Positions 60,550 through 64,000 of a stretch of 64,000 nt of DNA are shown here, in pieces. Source of the DNA: Eledone cirrhosa (lineage: Eukaryota). The position numbers and the translations under genes were made by a program. How positions within the stretch are numbered: the first letter of the stretch is position 1; each line of letters starts with the position of its first letter. Where the stretch lies: positions 44,826,001 through 44,890,000 of the forward strand of contig OZ024755.1 of NCBI GenBank assembly GCA_964016885.1, given 5' to 3'. Below the pieces are notes generated by a model. That model did no database searches, had not been told where the DNA came from, and saw nothing but the letters and a program-made list of their open reading frames with translations.

Positions 60550-62450
60550 ATATACTGTGTACCACAGTTGACAGTACCAACATATACTGTGTACCACAGT
60601 TGACAGTAACAACGTATACTGTGTACCACATTTGACAGTACCAACATGCACTGTGTACCACAGTTGACAGTACCAACATATAGTGTGTACCACAGTTGGC
60701 AGTACCAACATATAATGGGTGCCACTGTTCACAGTACCAACATATACTGTGTACCACAGTCGACAATACCAACGTATACTGTGTACCACAGTTGACAGTA
60801 CCAACATATACTGTGTACCACAGTTGACAGTACCAACGTATACTGTGTATAACAGTTGACAATACCATCATATAGGGTGTACCAGAGTTGACAGTACCAA
60901 CATATACTGTGTACCACAGTTGACAGTACCAACATATACCGTGTACCACAGTTGACAGTACCAACGTATACTGTGTACCACAGTTGACAGTACCAACATA
61001 TAATGTGTACCACCGTAGACAGTACCAACATATACTGTGTATCACAGTTGACAGTACCAACATATACCGTGTTACCACAGTTGAGAGTACCAACATATAC
61101 TGTGTACCACAGTTGACAGTACCAACATATAATGTGTACCACTGTTGACAGTACCAACGTATACTGTGTACCACATTTAACAGTTCCAACATATAATGTG
61201 TACCACAGTTATAAGTACCAACGTACACTGTGTACCACTGTTGACAGTACCAACATATACAGTGTACCACAGTTGACAGTACCAACATATACTGTGTACC
61301 ACAGGTAACAGTACCAACATATACCGTGTACCACAGTTGACAGTACCAACATATACTGTGTACCACAGTTGAAAGTACCAACGTATACTGTGTACCACAG
61401 TTGACAGTATCAACATATACTGTGTACCACAGTTGACAGTACCAACATATACTGTGTACGACAGTTGACAGTACCAACGTATACTGTGTACCACAGTTGA
61501 CAGTACTAACGTATACTGTGTACCACAGTTGACAATACCAACATATACTGTGTACCACAGTTGACATTACCATCATGTACTGTGTACCACAGTTGACAGT
61601 ACCAACATATACTGTGTACCACAGTTGACAGTACCAACATATACTGTGTACCACAGTTGAGAGTACCAACATATACTGTGTACCACAGTTGACAGTACCA
61701 ACATATACTGTGTACCACAGTTGGCAGTACCAACATATACTGTTTATCACATTTGACAGTACCAAAAAATACAGTGTACCACAGTTGACAGTACCAACAT
61801 ATACTGTGTACCACAGTTGACAGTACCAACATATACTGTGTACCATAGTTGACAGTACCAACGTATACTGCGTACCACAGTTGACAGTACCAACATATAC
61901 TGTGTACCACAGTTGACAGTACCAACATATACTGTGTACCATAGTTGACAGTACCGACATATCCTGTGTACCTCAGTTGACAGTACCAACATATACTGTC
62001 TCCCACAGTTGACAGTACCAACATATACTGTGTACCACAGTTGACAGTACTAACATATACTGTGTACCACAGTTGACAGTACCAACATATTCTGTGTACC
62101 ACAGTTGACAGTTCCAACATATACTGTGTACCACAGTTGACAGTACCAACATATACTGGGTACCACAGTTGACAATACCATCATATACTGTGTACCACAG
62201 TTGACACTACCAGCATAAACTGTGTACCAGAGTTGACAGTACCAACATATACTGTGTACCACAGTTGAAAGTACCAACGTATATTGTGTACCACAGTTGA
62301 CGGTACCAACATTTACTGTGTACCACAGTTGACAGTACCAACATATACTGTGTACCACAGTTGACAGTACCAACGTATACTGTGTACCACATTTGACAGT
62401 ACCAACGTGCACTGTGTACCACAGTTGACAGTACCAACATATACTGTGTA
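60550..62450 (+). repeat. Long-range copy of the ~45.0-46.6 / 48.2-49.95 kb lineage
   Basis: ORFs 45213/60729 and 45661/61177 are at offset 15,516, and 49730/62207 at offset 12,477. Private variants CACCGTAGAC, CAGGTAAC, CATCATGTAC and AACGTGCAC are shared. Confidence 0.85.
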
Positions 62451-64000
62451 CCACAGTTGACAGTACCAACATATACTGTGTACCATAGTTGACAGTATCA
62501 ACGTATATGTGTACCACTGTTATCAGTACTAACATATGCTTTGTACCACAGTTGACAGTACCAACATATACTGTGTACCACAGTTGACAGTACCAACATA
62601 TCCTGTGTACCTCAGATGACATTACCAACATATACTGTGTACCACAGTTGACAGTACCAACATATACTATGTACCACAGTTGACAGTACCAACGTATACT
62701 GTGTACCACAGTTGACAGTACCAACATATACTGTGTCCCACAGTTGACAGTACCAACATATACTGTGTACCACAGTTGACAGTACCAACATATACTGTGT
62801 AGCACAGTTGACAGTACCCACATATACTGGGTACCACAGTTGACAGAACCCACGTATACTGTGTACCACAGTTGACAGTACCAACATATACAGTGTACCA
62901 CAGTTGACAGTACCAACATATACTGTGTACTACAGTTGACAGTACCAACGTATACTGTGTACCACAGTTGACAGTACCCACATATACTGGGTACCACAGT
63001 TGACAATACCATCATAAACTGTGTACCACAGTAGACACTACCAATATAAACTGTGTACCACAGTTGACAGTACCAATATATACTGTGTACCACAGTCTGC
63101 AGTACCAACATATACTGTGTACCACAGTTGGCAGTACCAACATATACTGTGTACCACAGTTGACAGAACCAACATATACTGTGTACCACATTTGACAGTA
63201 CCAACATATACTGGGTGCCACTATTCACAGTACCAACATATACGGTGTACCACAGTTGACAATACCAACATATACTGTGTACCAAATTTGACAGTACTAA
63301 CGTATAATGTGTACCGCAGTTGGATGTACCAACGTATACTGTGTACCAGAGTTGACAGTACCAACGTATACTGTGTACCAGAGTTGACAGTACCAACATA
63401 TTCTGTGTACCACAGTTGACAGTACCAACATATACTGTGTACCACAGTTGGCAGTACCAACATATACTGTGTACCACATTTGACAGTACCAAAAAATACA
63501 GTGTACCACAGTTGACAGTACCAACATATACTGTGTACCCCAGTTGACAGTACCAACATATACTGTGTACCATAGTTGACAGTACCAACGTATACTGCGT
63601 ACCACAGTTGACAGTACCAACATATACTGTGTACCACAGTTGACAGTACCAACATATACTGTGTACCATAGTTGACAGTATCAACGTATATGTGTACCAC
63701 ATTTGTCAGTACTAACATATGCCGTGTACCACAGTTGACATTACCAACATATACTGTGTACCACAGTTGACAGTACCGACATATCCTGTGTACCTCAGTT
63801 GACAGTACCAACATATACTGTGTACCACATTTGATAGTACCAACATATACTGTGTACCACAGTTGACAGTACCAACATATACTGTGTACCACAGTTGAGA
63901 GTACCAACATATACTGTCTCCCACAGTTGACAGTACCAACATATACTGTGTACCAGAGTTGACAGTACTAACATATACTGTGTACCACATTTGACAGTAC

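Larger units (their letters stand above)
1..64000 (+). repeat. 32-bp tandem satellite array, ~2,000 monomers, head-to-tail, runs off both window ends
   Basis: Consensus CCACAGTTGACAGTACCAACATATACTGTGTA recurs every 32 bp from first to last base. Most monomers carry 0-3 substitutions, and rare 29, 31 and 33-bp length variants occur. Each consensus monomer has two GTAC (RsaI) sites and one GTTGAC (HincII) site. No non-repeat sequence or strand switch was seen. Confidence 0.99.

Noticed and set aside
542-63419. Short plus-strand ORFs (542, 9346, 14750, 48339, 63021)
   Set aside because: They arise only where variants happen to remove the in-frame TGA of GTTGAC for a few monomers.
692-63990. Hundreds of overlapping minus-strand ORFs, including 57592..59526 (644 aa), 62050..63702 (550 aa) and 43197..44843 (548 aa)
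   Set aside because: All are translations of the stop-free satellite strand, with the same peptide in all three frames. They start and stop at random variants, and show no unique domain, no apparent codon-position bias and no flanking gene signals.
1-64000. CRISPR array (32-bp partly palindromic repeat, GTTG...CAAC motif)
   Set aside because: Repeats abut directly with no unique spacers, and there is no leader or cas gene.
1-64000. TTGACA (-35-like) and TATACT/TATAAT (-10-like) hexamers in each monomer
   Set aside because: The spacing is 9 bp (or 41 bp to the next monomer), not 16-18 bp, and there is no downstream gene. The match is coincidental.
1-64000. Zinc-finger or other Cys-rich repeat protein (CWYC motif with His)
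   Set aside because: The spacing does not fit C2H2 or other folds I recognise. The DNA period is 32 bp, not a codon multiple, which argues against a protein-driven repeat.
1-64000. Telomeric repeat, tRNA/rRNA, integron attC array, transposon or inversion
   Set aside because: There is no G-rich telomere-like strand, RNA-gene similarity, cassette ORF, terminal repeat or reverse-orientation monomer that I could see.
1-64000. Assignment to a named satellite family, species or centromere
   Set aside because: I do not recognise the monomer. This needs a database search and cytological or ChIP data.

Overview
The whole 64 kb window is one uninterrupted, single-orientation tandem array (satellite/macro-minisatellite DNA) of about 2,000 copies of a 32-bp monomer, consensus CCACAGTTGACAGTACCAACATATACTGTGTA (13/32 G+C). 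I see no credible genes, RNA genes, transposon insertions, inversions or CRISPR spacers. The many minus-strand ORFs are arithmetic artefacts: the reverse-complement monomer has no stop codon in any frame, so three monomers give a 32-aa repeat. The informative structure is in the variant monomers. (i) The monomer splits into 15+17-bp GTACCA-led halves and carries three interlocking inverted repeats. (ii) Several variants change both arms of one inverted repeat so that pairing is kept. (iii) Two sites show a CG/CA/TG/TA polymorphism typical of CpG deamination. (iv) Variant-defined duplications are nested from 29 bp to 4.6 kb, some with 'step-back' junctions. (v) One marker module recurs about every 12.5 kb. 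I cannot identify the organism or name the satellite family, and I found no evidence of a novel protein-coding system. Block boundaries were read by eye and from offsets between identical ORFs, and are approximate to 1-3 monomers.
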